Positions 44,370 to 53,902 of a stretch of DNA of 64,000 bases are shown piece after piece (the first letter of the stretch is position 1; each line of letters opens with the position of its first letter). The DNA is from Gemmatimonadota bacterium (GTDB taxonomy: Bacteria; Gemmatimonadota; Gemmatimonadetes; Gemmatimonadales; GWC2-71-9), in contig JAZDCY010000016.1 in NCBI GenBank assembly GCA_036679645.1, positions 64,001 to 128,000 on the forward strand. Reading direction: 5' to 3'. Position numbers and translations under genes: made by a program. The notes beneath the pieces were generated by a model. It had not been told where the DNA came from, did no database searches, and was given only the letters and a program-made list of their open reading frames with translations.

Positions 44370-46727
44370 GTGGCAAAGTTTCTCGAGCGATTGCGCACGG
44401 CGTTCACCGACTTCGCGATGGGATGGCGAGATTCGGGAGAGCACGACACGCTTCCCGATACGGCGGAAGCGTCGTCCCTTCCACCGGATCTCCTACGCGA
44501 GCTTCGCCAGGCGGTGGCGGAGAAGTACGAGGTCGAGCAGGAGATCGGTAGCGGGGGAATGGCGCTCGTCTTTCGTGCGCGAGACATCAAGCACGATCGT
44601 CCGGTCGCCCTGAAGGTGTTGCGTCCCGAACTCGCGTCTCGCGTTGGCAGGGAGCGTTTCCTGCGTGAGATCCAAACGGCGGCAAAACTCACCCACCCTC
44701 ATATCCTGCCACTGCACGATTCCGGCGTGTCAGGCTCCCTGCTGTACTACGTGATGCCATTTGTCGCCGGCGCGTCGCTGCGCGAGCGTCTCGAGCGCGA
44801 GGGACGGTTGGGAGTCGCAGAGGTCATGGAGATAGGCCGGGCTGTTGCGGGCGCTCTGGATTTTGCGCACCGGAACGGCGTCGTTCACCGGGACATCAAG
44901 CCCGAGAACATCATGATGCACGATGGTGCCCCGTTGGTGACGGACTTCGGAATTGGGAAAGCGGTGAGCGACGCGGGAGGCCAGCAGCTCACGCAAACGG
45001 GCACGGCGATGGGCACGCCTGCGTACATGAGTCCCGAGCAGATGTACGGGGAGGAAACGCTCGACGGGCGGAGCGACATCTACAGCCTTGGCCTCGTGCT
45101 ACTCGAGATGCTCACTGGAAGTCGACGCTTCACCGGTCCGTCCGCCCAAGCGATTCTGGCACGCCGTGCGGCCAATCCCAATCCCGAGATCGAGTTTCCC
45201 GACGGTGTCCCCGACCCGATTCGTCACAGCTTGCGGAGTGCAATGGCGGAACGACCGGAAGATCGACCCAGGACCGGGGCGGAATTCGCGGCCGAGTTAG
45301 TCGGGGCAGCTCGGGGAACGCTCGCCACACCCGCAACGCCACAGCCATTGCCGACGGCACCGCCGTCCATTGCCGTGCTCCCGTTTCAGAACATGAGTGG
45401 CGACGACGGCAACGAGTACTTCTCAGATGGCGTGACCGAAGAGATCATCAATGCGCTGACCCAGCTCGAGGGCTTACATGTGGCCGCGCGGACCTCGTCG
45501 TTCTCGTTCAAGGGACAGACACTCGACGTCAAGGAGGTGGGTCGCCGTCTGAACGTCGGTACGGTGCTCGAGGGCAGCGTGCGGCAGGCGGGCAATCGGC
45601 TCCGGGTCACCGCGCAGCTGATCAACGTCGCCGATGGCTACCACCTGTGGTCCGAACGGTACGATCGAGAATTGGATGACGTCTTTGCCGTCCAAGACGA
45701 GATTGCCGGAGCGATTGCGAAGCGGCTGAGCGTGACGCTCGGTACCGGGCCCGCGCGCGCCATTCCGCGCCGTGCGACGGCGAACCTCGACGCATACCGC
45801 CTGTATCTCAAGGGTCGCCATCAGTGGAACACGCGGAGTGAAGATGGTCTGGCGCAGGCATGTCGCCTGTTCAGCGAAGCGATCGAGCTCGATCCCGAGT
45901 ATGCCCCGGCCTATTCCGGGCTCGCGGACACGTACCTGCTGCTGGGTTCGTACGGGTTTGTGCCGCGCGCGGAAGCGAGTGCCAAGGCGCGAGAGGCGGC
46001 GGAGAAGGCGCTCGAGTTCGACGAAGGACTCGCCGAAGCCCACGCATCCCTCGGGCAGGCATATCGACACGAGCGCCGTTGGGTAGAGGAGGAGCGCGAG
46101 TACCGGCGGGCAATTCAGCTCAATCCGGGCTACGCGACGGCGCACCAATGGTACGCGACGCTGCTGGCAGCCCTTGGGCGAATGGACGAGGCCATCATCG
46201 AGGTACGACGTGCCGAAGAGTTGGACCCGCTGTCCCACGCGATAAGCATAACGGTCGCTAACGTGCTGTACCTCGCAGGCGATCTCGACGGTGCCGACAA
46301 GCAGGTTCAGAAAACTCGCGAGCTCAAGCCCGACTTCTTCAGCGCGATCGCCTGGGCGGCGGCCGTCGCCGCCGAACGGGGCCGATTCGAGGAAGCGACT
46401 CGTCTCCACGAACAGGTCGCGGAGATGTGGGGTCACCAGAACGGCAATGTGCTGGTCCAGCGCGCGGTGCTGCAGATCTACCAGGGCGATTGGGATACCG
46501 CGGAGGTGACTCTAGGGGAAGCGGTGGCAGCCGATGCGGACCCGGGGTTCGTCGCATATGCGCTGGTGGCTCGTGGGGACTTTGATGAAGCGTTTCAACA
46601 CCTCGAGTTGGGTGTGCGCCAGGGTTCATGGTGGACGTTCTATTTGAAGGTGCACCCGGCGTTCCAGCCCCTGCAAAACGATCCACGCTTTCACCGCCTG
46701 ATCGAGGAGCTGGGACTCAGCGACTAA
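44370..46727 (+). CDS. Ser/Thr protein kinase with TolB_N-like and TPR domains (cytoplasmic)
   Basis: IGSGGMALV, VALK, HRDIKPEN, DFG, GTPAYMSPEQ; SIAVLPFQN...YFSDG; TPR region; no TM segment seen. Confidence 0.93.
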   Translation: MAKFLERLRTAFTDFAMGWRDSGEHDTLPDTAEASSLPPDLLRELRQAVAEKYEVEQEIGSGGMALVFRARDIKHDRPVALKVLRPELASRVGRERFLREIQTAAKLTHPHILPLHDSGVSGSLLYYVMPFVAGASLRERLEREGRLGVAEVMEIGRAVAGALDFAHRNGVVHRDIKPENIMMHDGAPLVTDFGIGKAVSDAGGQQLTQTGTAMGTPAYMSPEQMYGEETLDGRSDIYSLGLVLLEMLTGSRRFTGPSAQAILARRAANPNPEIEFPDGVPDPIRHSLRSAMAERPEDRPRTGAEFAAELVGAARGTLATPATPQPLPTAPPSIAVLPFQNMSGDDGNEYFSDGVTEEIINALTQLEGLHVAARTSSFSFKGQTLDVKEVGRRLNVGTVLEGSVRQAGNRLRVTAQLINVADGYHLWSERYDRELDDVFAVQDEIAGAIAKRLSVTLGTGPARAIPRRATANLDAYRLYLKGRHQWNTRSEDGLAQACRLFSEAIELDPEYAPAYSGLADTYLLLGSYGFVPRAEASAKAREAAEKALEFDEGLAEAHASLGQAYRHERRWVEEEREYRRAIQLNPGYATAHQWYATLLAALGRMDEAIIEVRRAEELDPLSHAISITVANVLYLAGDLDGADKQVQKTRELKPDFFSAIAWAAAVAAERGRFEEATRLHEQVAEMWGHQNGNVLVQRAVLQIYQGDWDTAEVTLGEAVAADADPGFVAYALVARGDFDEAFQHLELGVRQGSWWTFYLKVHPAFQPLQNDPRFHRLIEELGLSD

Positions 46728-46756
46728 ACCCATCCGCCTCCAGCCCCGTCATCCCA

Positions 46757-47023
46757 ATGGATGGGAGCGAGCACATTTTCCGACGCCTGGTGGACGCGTA
46801 CTCGCCACGGCTCCTGGCAGTGATTCGCCCGTTTGCCGCCGACACCGATGACGCGCACGACCTGCTCCAGGAGACGTGGCGTCGCGCGTACGTGAAGCGG
46901 CGCACCTTCAGCGGCACAGGTTCGCTCCTCGGGTGGCTCTATGCTGTCTGCCGGAGCGTGTGCCTGTCGGACGTGCGGGTACGCTCCGCACGGGCCGCCG
47001 GGGGAGCCATGTCGCCCGCCTAG
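46757..47023 (+). pseudogene. ECF sigma factor fragment (region 2 only, 88 aa)
   Basis: FRRLVDAYSPRL, DAHDLLQETWRRAY, F..GSLLGWLYAVCRS resemble sigma region 2. The stop follows soon after, and no region 4 was recognised in other frames before the next gene. Confidence 0.65.
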
Positions 47024-47153
47024 TCACGGCACCACACCCCCATCAGGTGCTCTTGAGCGCAGCCCAGCCGCGGTGCATTCTTGAGGCTCATCGCGCGGTA
47101 CGCCGCTTTCGGGTCGCTTCGACCCATGTCCCGTTCCAATCACGAGATCCCGC

Positions 47154-48407
47154 ATGGACGAATCGACCGCCCTGATCACCAATGACGCCGCGGTCCTGGG
47201 CCTCCTCGCCATCACACTCGGCGCCATCTTCTACACCGCACACAGCGACCACCACTTCTGGAAGAAGTTCTACAAGTACGTTCCGATCATCCTGGTCTGC
47301 TACTTCATCCCTTCCCTGTACAACACCTTCGGCATCGTCGATGCGGAACAGTCACGACTCTACTTCGTCGCCTCACGATACCTGTTGCCGGCTATACTGG
47401 TCCTGCTGACGCTCAGCATCGACCTACAGGCGATTCTGCGACTCGGTCCCAAGGCGTTGATCATGTTCTTCACGGGGACGTTTGGGATCATCGTCGGCGG
47501 CCCGCTGGCGATTCTGATCTTCTCGGTCATCAATCCCGACGTCGTGGGCGGCGCCGGGCCCGATGCCGTGTGGCGCGGTCTCACCACCGTGGCCGGGAGC
47601 TGGATTGGCGGCAGCGCTAACCAGGCAGCCATGAAAGAGGTCTTCGACGTCGGCGACGACATGTTCTCCACGATGATCGCGGTGGATGTGCTCGTCGCGA
47701 ACGTCTGGATGGCCGTGTTGCTGTTCATGGCGGGAAGGTCCGAGCAGATGGATGCCCGTGCCGGGGCCGACCGGACTGCGCTAGTGGATCTACAACGGCG
47801 GGTCGCCGAGTTCCAGGAACGCGTTGCCAAGGTAACGAGCCTGAAGGATCTCATGTTGATTATCGGGTTCGGCTTCGGCGTGACGGGCATCGCGCACGTC
47901 CTCGCCGATATCGTCGCACCCTGGATTGCCCGCACCGCTCCGGGCCTCGAGCGGCTCTCTCTCACGAGCGGGTTCTTCTGGCTGGTTGTGTTTGCCACGA
48001 CCGGCGGGCTGCTCCTTTCCTTCACGAAAGCGCGCGAGCTGGAGGGGGCCGGGGCGTCGAAGGTGGGATCGGCTATGCTCTACATCCTGATCGCGACCAT
48101 CGGGATGGGCATGGACATCGGCTCAGTCGTCGATCGACCTGGTCTGTTTGCCGTCGGGTTCGTTTGGATCGGGTTCCACGCGGTGCTGCTCCTCGTGGTC
48201 GCCCGACTTATTAAGGCGCCCGTGTTCTACATGGCGGTGGGTAGCCAGGCCAATGTCGGCGGCGCGGCCTCCGCTCCCGTAGTGGCGTCGGCGTTCCATC
48301 CCACGCTCGCTCCAGTGGGGGTCCTGCTCGCGGTGCTGGGCTATGCGATTGGGACCTACGGCGCATGGGTGTGTGGGCAGTTGATGCGGGTGGTGGCGCC
48401 GGGGTAG
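47154..48407 (+). CDS. DUF819 family membrane protein
   Basis: Multi-TM; AGSWIGGSANQAAM and VGSQANVGGAASAPVVA motifs. Confidence 0.85.
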   Translation: MDESTALITNDAAVLGLLAITLGAIFYTAHSDHHFWKKFYKYVPIILVCYFIPSLYNTFGIVDAEQSRLYFVASRYLLPAILVLLTLSIDLQAILRLGPKALIMFFTGTFGIIVGGPLAILIFSVINPDVVGGAGPDAVWRGLTTVAGSWIGGSANQAAMKEVFDVGDDMFSTMIAVDVLVANVWMAVLLFMAGRSEQMDARAGADRTALVDLQRRVAEFQERVAKVTSLKDLMLIIGFGFGVTGIAHVLADIVAPWIARTAPGLERLSLTSGFFWLVVFATTGGLLLSFTKARELEGAGASKVGSAMLYILIATIGMGMDIGSVVDRPGLFAVGFVWIGFHAVLLLVVARLIKAPVFYMAVGSQANVGGAASAPVVASAFHPTLAPVGVLLAVLGYAIGTYGAWVCGQLMRVVAPG

Positions 48408-48410
48408 CAG

Positions 48411-48456
48411 GACGTAAAATGTCCAATGCCGAAAACATTGGACATTCTACATTTGA
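48411..48456. repeat. Heptamer-built inverted repeat (hairpin) between convergent genes
   Basis: AATGTCCAATG-CCGAAAA-CATTGGACATT; right arm units are CATTGGA CATTCTA CATTTGA. Confidence 0.65.
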
Positions 48457-48507
48457 CGTGGACTCGCGCGGCGCGCCCCGCGAGGAGCGGCGTGGGAAGC
48501 TCTGCCG

Positions 48508-50088
48508 TCAGGCCGTCTTGACCGCTCCCGCCCGTGGGGCAATGGACACGAGCCCGCCATTGGCGTTCTCCGCCTTGAGGTACCCGTAAGCGTCGTGTTG
48601 CAAGGCGCCCTCCGGCAGCCACTCCCAGAGTGTGCCAAGATCCCGTTTGATTTTCTCTCGGAAGAACGTCGGCAAAACCTCGGTCTCGCCATCGACATAC
48701 CGGCGGAACTCGCGATCGGTGTCGAGCATCTGGCGGTAACGTGTGAAGTACTTGATCCGTCCAAAGCCTTCCGACGACACAGCTCGCACTACGTTCATCC
48801 AGCGCGGGATATTACCCCTCGAGGCGAGGAACCGGCGCCAGATCATCGGCCAGGAAAAAGCGTATTTCGACAGGCTGATCACGTTATCGTAGAACTCGGG
48901 CCACTCGTAGTTGGCCGGCTTTACGTTCATCGCGTGGTTGTTGTTCAGAAAATGGAAGGGGAACGGGAGCAGGCGCCCCTTCTTCTGGTATTCGAGGTTG
49001 AGCGGGGCCGCGCGCCCAAACGCAGACAGCAGTGAGAACGCCGGAAAGGACACGGGCGACAGGTCGAGGAACATCTTCGTCAGCTCGAACGGCTCCGGCC
49101 CTGCGTCCGAATCGAGCCCCATCACGAAGTTGGTCTGGATGTACGGGATGTACTGGTTGATGAGGTTGATGTGGTCGGCTATGTGTCTGACCTTTTCCTC
49201 CCCCTGCTTCTTGCCGGTTCTCGACTTGTTGCCAAGGTCGTACCACGACTCGATCCCGGGCAGAATGGCTTGGAATCCGTTCCGCTGCAGGCGTTGCAGA
49301 TGAGGTTCGCTCAGCAGCGAGAGGCTGCTCTCCGCAACGAAGCGAATCCCGCCTTTGGGAAGGGCATCCTCGATCGCATCCATGCATTCGTTGAACCGGA
49401 TACCGAAGTTTGGGTCGTGCCACCCCACGATCGGCCGCTTGTACTTCGTCAGGAGAAAGCGGAGATCTCCCTTCATCACGTCGTAATCCAGCGGCTGATA
49501 CGGAACGGTGGAGTCGATGCAGAAGCTGCAGGTATAGGGGCAGCCGAGGCTCGCCATCATTGGCACCATCTTGAATGTCGGCGCCTTGGCGAGCGTCTGC
49601 TCGATGAACTTCCAACGTTCCCGGACCCCCGGAAGATCGTTTGGCTGTTGGTCGGCGGCGAGGGACACGCCCATGGGACGGTGCTGCTCGCAGTCCTGGA
49701 GCACGTCGCGGATGATCTCCCGGTTCGTGAAGCCCAGGACGTAGTCGAAATACTTCTGCGCGTCCTCCGGATAGCACCGCGCATGCGGGCCCCCGAGGAC
49801 GGTCACCGCGCCACGGGACCGGCAGAGCGCGCTCAGCGAGTAGGAGAGTTGTGCCGCCTGCGTGAACGCCCCGATGAACACGAGGTCGCATTTGTCGGGG
49901 AGCTCTTCTGCGATGTCTTCGAATCCGGTATAGCACACGAAAGTGACGTCATGCCCCTCCTGTTCGCACCATCCCGCAACGACCTGCGGCATGATGCTGG
50001 CAAGGTTGGCATTCATCACTCGTCCGTACATCCCCTTGGATGGTCCTTTTGTGACGAGATCGATGACGCCGATCTGGAGTTTGCGCAC
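48508..50088 (-). CDS. Radical SAM protein with N-terminal B12-binding-like domain
   Basis: GCPYTCSFC CxxxCxxC; TVLGGPHA; GIES; FVMGLD. Confidence 0.88.
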   Translation of the reverse strand: MRKLQIGVIDLVTKGPSKGMYGRVMNANLASIMPQVVAGWCEQEGHDVTFVCYTGFEDIAEELPDKCDLVFIGAFTQAAQLSYSLSALCRSRGAVTVLGGPHARCYPEDAQKYFDYVLGFTNREIIRDVLQDCEQHRPMGVSLAADQQPNDLPGVRERWKFIEQTLAKAPTFKMVPMMASLGCPYTCSFCIDSTVPYQPLDYDVMKGDLRFLLTKYKRPIVGWHDPNFGIRFNECMDAIEDALPKGGIRFVAESSLSLLSEPHLQRLQRNGFQAILPGIESWYDLGNKSRTGKKQGEEKVRHIADHINLINQYIPYIQTNFVMGLDSDAGPEPFELTKMFLDLSPVSFPAFSLLSAFGRAAPLNLEYQKKGRLLPFPFHFLNNNHAMNVKPANYEWPEFYDNVISLSKYAFSWPMIWRRFLASRGNIPRWMNVVRAVSSEGFGRIKYFTRYRQMLDTDREFRRYVDGETEVLPTFFREKIKRDLGTLWEWLPEGALQHDAYGYLKAENANGGLVSIAPRAGAVKTA

Positions 50089-50205
50089 GCAGGTGCCCCC
50101 AATGGTGTCGGGGTGAGAGAGCGATTTGCCGGGCAGAATCGTTGAGGCCGAGCGTTTCGGTCGTGACGAAGCGATCGGAAACGTTGGACATCAGAACGCC
50201 CCACG

Positions 50206-51519
50206 TCAAGGTGTAGCGGCGCCCGATACGGGGTTTTCGCCCGCACAACTGCGTTTGGCGGCCCGCGTCCACACGCGGACCTCGGCCGCAGCGGGCCGCC
50301 CGGACCCAGCCCGGTGGTAGGCGAGCCAGAGATCCGCCGGCTGCCATGTGGCGAGCGCGCAGACCGATCGGATCCCCAGAGCGTCCAGACGACGTGCGTG
50401 TCGTGTCCCGATGCCACGTAACGTTACCAGCCGTGCCGAGGCGATGGCGGACGCCGCGGTCGACCGGGCCAGCGCCGTCCGCGCCGCGAGGGTGGCGGCC
50501 GACATCCGGGCGAGATCGCGGGGCGACGTGATCCCAGCGGCCTCAATCGCGGTGCTCGCGCCCCGCTCGGTCCCAGGAAGGTCTACGAGCCGAGGGGTCA
50601 CCGAACTGATCGTGAATCGTTCCATGCCGAAAAGCACCACCACCGCGAAGAGGACGGCACACACGCCGGCCAGGGCCGTTCGTCGGGGCCGGAGCGCGAC
50701 TGGTTCGGGGTCATACAGGGGCACGGCCACGCCGAGGGCGCAGAGGCCTGAGTACATTGACCAGGCCTCAAGGGCGAAGAATGGAAAGCCTAGAAAGCCA
50801 AGCGGCGGCATCTCGAATAGCTTGAGCTGCTCGAGCCACGGGACCGTGTAGATCCAGCTGCCGTCGGCCCCGTAGTTGTAGGTCTCCCACACGATGCCGA
50901 TCGCGAGCCCTCCCATCATCAGCCGCCCGATCCGTCCCCAGTCACCCCGCTCCATGTCGCCGATCAGCGAGAGATGCCGGGCGTGGCGATAGACGAACGG
51001 GTCCACGGCGAAGAAGACGGCGCCCCAGATGAGGGGGAAGAAGTGCTGCGGGGCTGCAAGTGCTAGGAGCGTAGCACCAAGTCCCACGAGGACCGAAACG
51101 CGAAGGCCACGTTGTCCCACGATCAGAGGCCGCACACGCCTGGAACGGAACAGGCCGGCGCCGTCGAGAACCCGCTGCGCGAGGAGGATGGCAGGGAGGA
51201 CCGTGGCGAATGACAGCAGGATGCCCGCCCATCGCTCCCACGCTCGGGCGGGCAGAAGCACGTAGTACCAGTTCTCCAGCCGGAAGTTGGCCGCCTCGAA
51301 GATGAGCCAGATGACCGCCGACCAGGCAAGCGCCGAGATCCCGAAGCGTGGGTGCGCCAGCAGCGATGGGCGCCCGTCGATTCGGCAGGCCACCGCGTCG
51401 AGCAATACGAGGGTGGGATACCAGGCCAAGACGTAGAACCATGTCGGGGCCGGCTCCACGCGAAACCAGAGGAGGACCCAAGCCGATCCGATTGCCGCCA
51501 TCGCGAGCCCGATGCGCAT
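50206..51519 (-). CDS. Membrane protein with C-terminal HhH/DUF4332-like domain
   Basis: TM-rich with FEAANFRLENWYY, WETYNY and LFEMPPLGFLGFPFFALE; C-terminal LRGIG..HARRLDALGIRSV..LA. Confidence 0.72.
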   Translation of the reverse strand: MRIGLAMAAIGSAWVLLWFRVEPAPTWFYVLAWYPTLVLLDAVACRIDGRPSLLAHPRFGISALAWSAVIWLIFEAANFRLENWYYVLLPARAWERWAGILLSFATVLPAILLAQRVLDGAGLFRSRRVRPLIVGQRGLRVSVLVGLGATLLALAAPQHFFPLIWGAVFFAVDPFVYRHARHLSLIGDMERGDWGRIGRLMMGGLAIGIVWETYNYGADGSWIYTVPWLEQLKLFEMPPLGFLGFPFFALEAWSMYSGLCALGVAVPLYDPEPVALRPRRTALAGVCAVLFAVVVLFGMERFTISSVTPRLVDLPGTERGASTAIEAAGITSPRDLARMSAATLAARTALARSTAASAIASARLVTLRGIGTRHARRLDALGIRSVCALATWQPADLWLAYHRAGSGRPAAAEVRVWTRAAKRSCAGENPVSGAATP

Positions 51520-51698
51520 GCTCCAACGTACCCGCGGTGGTGGTGCCTGGTAGCCGGCGCGCGTACCGCCGCTGCCGTGGCGGCGCCCGCACCGTTTTGT
51601 GGCATATGTCACATTTCGAGGCATGTCCCGATCACATTGACCGCGCTGGCTGAGCACGTAACCCGATGGGCTATGAGCAATTGCGCCATATCTCGTAG

Positions 51699-51715
51699 TT
51701 GGCATCGGACATGCT
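51699..51715 (+). promoter_or_regulatory. Putative sigma54 (-24/-12) promoter
   Basis: TTGGCATCGGACATGCT: GG-N10-GC in TGGCA context, ~50 nt upstream of the lipoprotein ATG; TGT-N10-ACA palindrome at 51598-51613. Confidence 0.6.
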
Positions 51716-51767
51716 TTTTCCCCTCGACACGAAGTATCGAATCATCATTAGAGACACGGGAGGGAAG

Positions 51768-52202
51768 ATGGCATCACGGTTTATTTCCGTTGTGGGCGCG
51801 ATAGTGCTCGCGGGCGGGTTGACGGCGTGTGGCGAGGGGTTGGGCCCCGCCGACGGTCCTCCTGTTCAGATGGCTCGTGGACCATCGAATGACTCGCGAG
51901 TCGAGATTGCGTTGGCGGGGACGGCCGATTTTCCGGAATCGGACGGCAAGGCTCGCTTCCGCGATCGTGGTGGCGAGCGCGAGCTCCAGATCGAGGTGGA
52001 AGACGCTCCCACAAACGTTCAGGTCAGCTTCCTGGTAGGGGGCGATACGGTTGGGACCGCGACGACCAACGCGACGGGCGATGGGCGTCTCAACCTCAAT
52101 ACCGACCAAGGCGACACGGTGCCGGCGAGCGTCGCCGGGCTCACGGTAAAGGTGCTGACTCCTCAAGGGACGGTGATCATTTCGGGCGCGTTCGGATCCT
52201 GA
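51768..52202 (+). CDS. Hypothetical lipoprotein, single beta-rich domain
   Basis: GGGAGG SD; lipobox LTAC; Gly/Thr-rich beta-strand pattern. Confidence 0.78.
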   Translation: MASRFISVVGAIVLAGGLTACGEGLGPADGPPVQMARGPSNDSRVEIALAGTADFPESDGKARFRDRGGERELQIEVEDAPTNVQVSFLVGGDTVGTATTNATGDGRLNLNTDQGDTVPASVAGLTVKVLTPQGTVIISGAFGS

Positions 52203-52313
52203 GGTTTATTAAGGGTCCGACCCGGTCTGCGCTCCGCCCTTGTGGAATCAGTGCCGGAGTTTTTCTTTTGACGCCCATGTTCGAGCGATTCGGCGCGCGC
52301 GGGTATTCGTATT

Positions 52314-52416
52314 GGCGTCCCCCAACGGGGTCGCCGGCTTCCGCGTGTGCCTGAGCGTTACGAACCAGGCTGTTGCACGTAGCCGCTGACGACCCCGCTC
52401 GACGCGGGTTTTTTTT
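52314..52416 (+). ncRNA. Candidate structured RNA (attenuator/riboswitch-like leader or sRNA) ending in an intrinsic terminator
   Basis: Two stem-loops, then CCCGC-TCGAC-GCGGG plus T8; an alternative 8-bp pairing (52326-52333 with 52390-52397) disrupts the terminator. Confidence 0.5.
52391..52416 (+). terminator. Intrinsic terminator
   Basis: GC stem followed by eight T. Confidence 0.8.
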
Positions 52417-52526
52417 GTGAGGTACCGAGGGGGGGCGGGCGCTAGCTACGCGAACCGTCAACAGCCAGGAGTCCTCCTGCAGACGGCTTGCGCCGCGCCG
52501 GTCGTTCCTGTCGATTAGGCGCCCTG

Positions 52527-53828
52527 ATGAGCCTGTGGTCCCAAGCATCCGCCGCTGCCGCCAAGACGCCGGAGACGCGCAACCGCTATGTCGATTTCCT
52601 GCGTGCCGTCTCGATCCTCGCCGTCATCTCCGGTCACTGGCTCGTCGCTGCGCCGTACGTGGGTCCCGACGGCCAGCTCAGTCTCCCAAACCTGTTGGCG
52701 CGCCAGCCGTGGACACAGTGGCTCACCTGGGCCTTCCAGGTGATGCCCGTTTTTTTCTTTGTCGGCGGTTACTCGAACGGAGTTTCCTGGAATGCGGCGA
52801 TGCGCGATGGCCGCGGCTACTCAAGCTGGCTGGACGCACGGCTGCAACGACTCATCGGTCCCGTCTTGCCTCTCATCGTCGTGTGGGCGGTGTTGGCGAT
52901 CGTTGCCACGCAGATGGGTGCGAGGCCGGAGATGACCAAGGTCGGATCCCAACTCGCCCTCATTCCCATCTGGTTTCTCGCGGTTTACATAATGGCCGTA
53001 CTGCTGGTCCCGCTTACGTACGCGGCCTGGCGGCGGTATGGGCTCATCTCGTTTGGCGTGCTCGTGGGCTTGGCACTCGCGGACGACGTGCTGTTCTTCG
53101 CCGCGGACGTCCGGGCAGTCGGTTGGATCAACTACGGGTTCATCTGGCTAGCGGTACATCAGCTTGGCTACGCGTGGCGTGATGGACAGCTCAAGGGTGG
53201 CGCGAAAGCGCTGCCGTGGGCAATTGGTGGGCTGGCGCTGCTCCTCGGGCTCGTCTTTCTGGGACCGTATCCGTTGGCCATGGTCAGTGTGCCCGGTGAC
53301 GAGATCAGCAACACGCTGCCGCCCAAGCTCCCCATGCTCGCGCTTGGCGTGACCCAGATCGGTCTCATGTTGACGCTCGAAGCGCCAATGCGACGTTGGC
53401 TCACGCGTCCGGCGCCCTGGACCGCGACTGTACTCGTGAACGGCATGATCATGACCATCTTTCTGTGGCACCTCACGTCTTCCACCCTCATCATCGGCAG
53501 TGCACTGCAGATGGGGAACGTCGGCCTAGCCGTGGAACCGGGCACCGGGTTGTGGTGGGCGCTGCGCCCAGCGTGGATCGTGAGTTACCTGATCGGGCTT
53601 GCGATGCTGGCTCTCGCGTTCAGCCGGTTCGAGCGAGGCGGTGCTGGGGTGGCCGCCGCTGCCTGGCGGTTGGTCGGTGGCGCCGTTCTCGTGGGACTAG
53701 GGCTCGCGTTGCTGGCGCTGAACGGCGTGGGAGGCGATGGCTGGTTCGGGCTGCGCCTGTGGGTGGTCGCTATGCCGTTCGTCGGTGCGCTGGTAGCGGG
53801 TGTGAATCCGCTCATGTCGCGTGCGTGA
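52527..53828 (+). CDS. Acyltransferase family 3 membrane protein
   Basis: RNRYVDFLRA..I..VISGHW, QVMPVFFFVGGY, WFLAVY, MTIFLWH; about 10 TM segments. Confidence 0.88.
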   Translation: MSLWSQASAAAAKTPETRNRYVDFLRAVSILAVISGHWLVAAPYVGPDGQLSLPNLLARQPWTQWLTWAFQVMPVFFFVGGYSNGVSWNAAMRDGRGYSSWLDARLQRLIGPVLPLIVVWAVLAIVATQMGARPEMTKVGSQLALIPIWFLAVYIMAVLLVPLTYAAWRRYGLISFGVLVGLALADDVLFFAADVRAVGWINYGFIWLAVHQLGYAWRDGQLKGGAKALPWAIGGLALLLGLVFLGPYPLAMVSVPGDEISNTLPPKLPMLALGVTQIGLMLTLEAPMRRWLTRPAPWTATVLVNGMIMTIFLWHLTSSTLIIGSALQMGNVGLAVEPGTGLWWALRPAWIVSYLIGLAMLALAFSRFERGGAGVAAAAWRLVGGAVLVGLGLALLALNGVGGDGWFGLRLWVVAMPFVGALVAGVNPLMSRA

Positions 53829-53902
53829 CACACCGTTTCCTTCGACTACTCCACGGCAATAGCGTACCGCTCGACTCCTGATTCCATTTGGGAAGACAAT
53901 CC

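Noticed and set aside
52314..52416. Assignment as fluoride, SAH, TPP, SRP or 6S RNA
   Set aside because: Only partial word matches. Conserved cores are missing (GAUGG and the AAAC linker of fluoride, the P1 pairing of SAH, the CUGAGA/ACCUGAU of TPP, the GGAA tetraloop domain of SRP), and it is too short for 6S.
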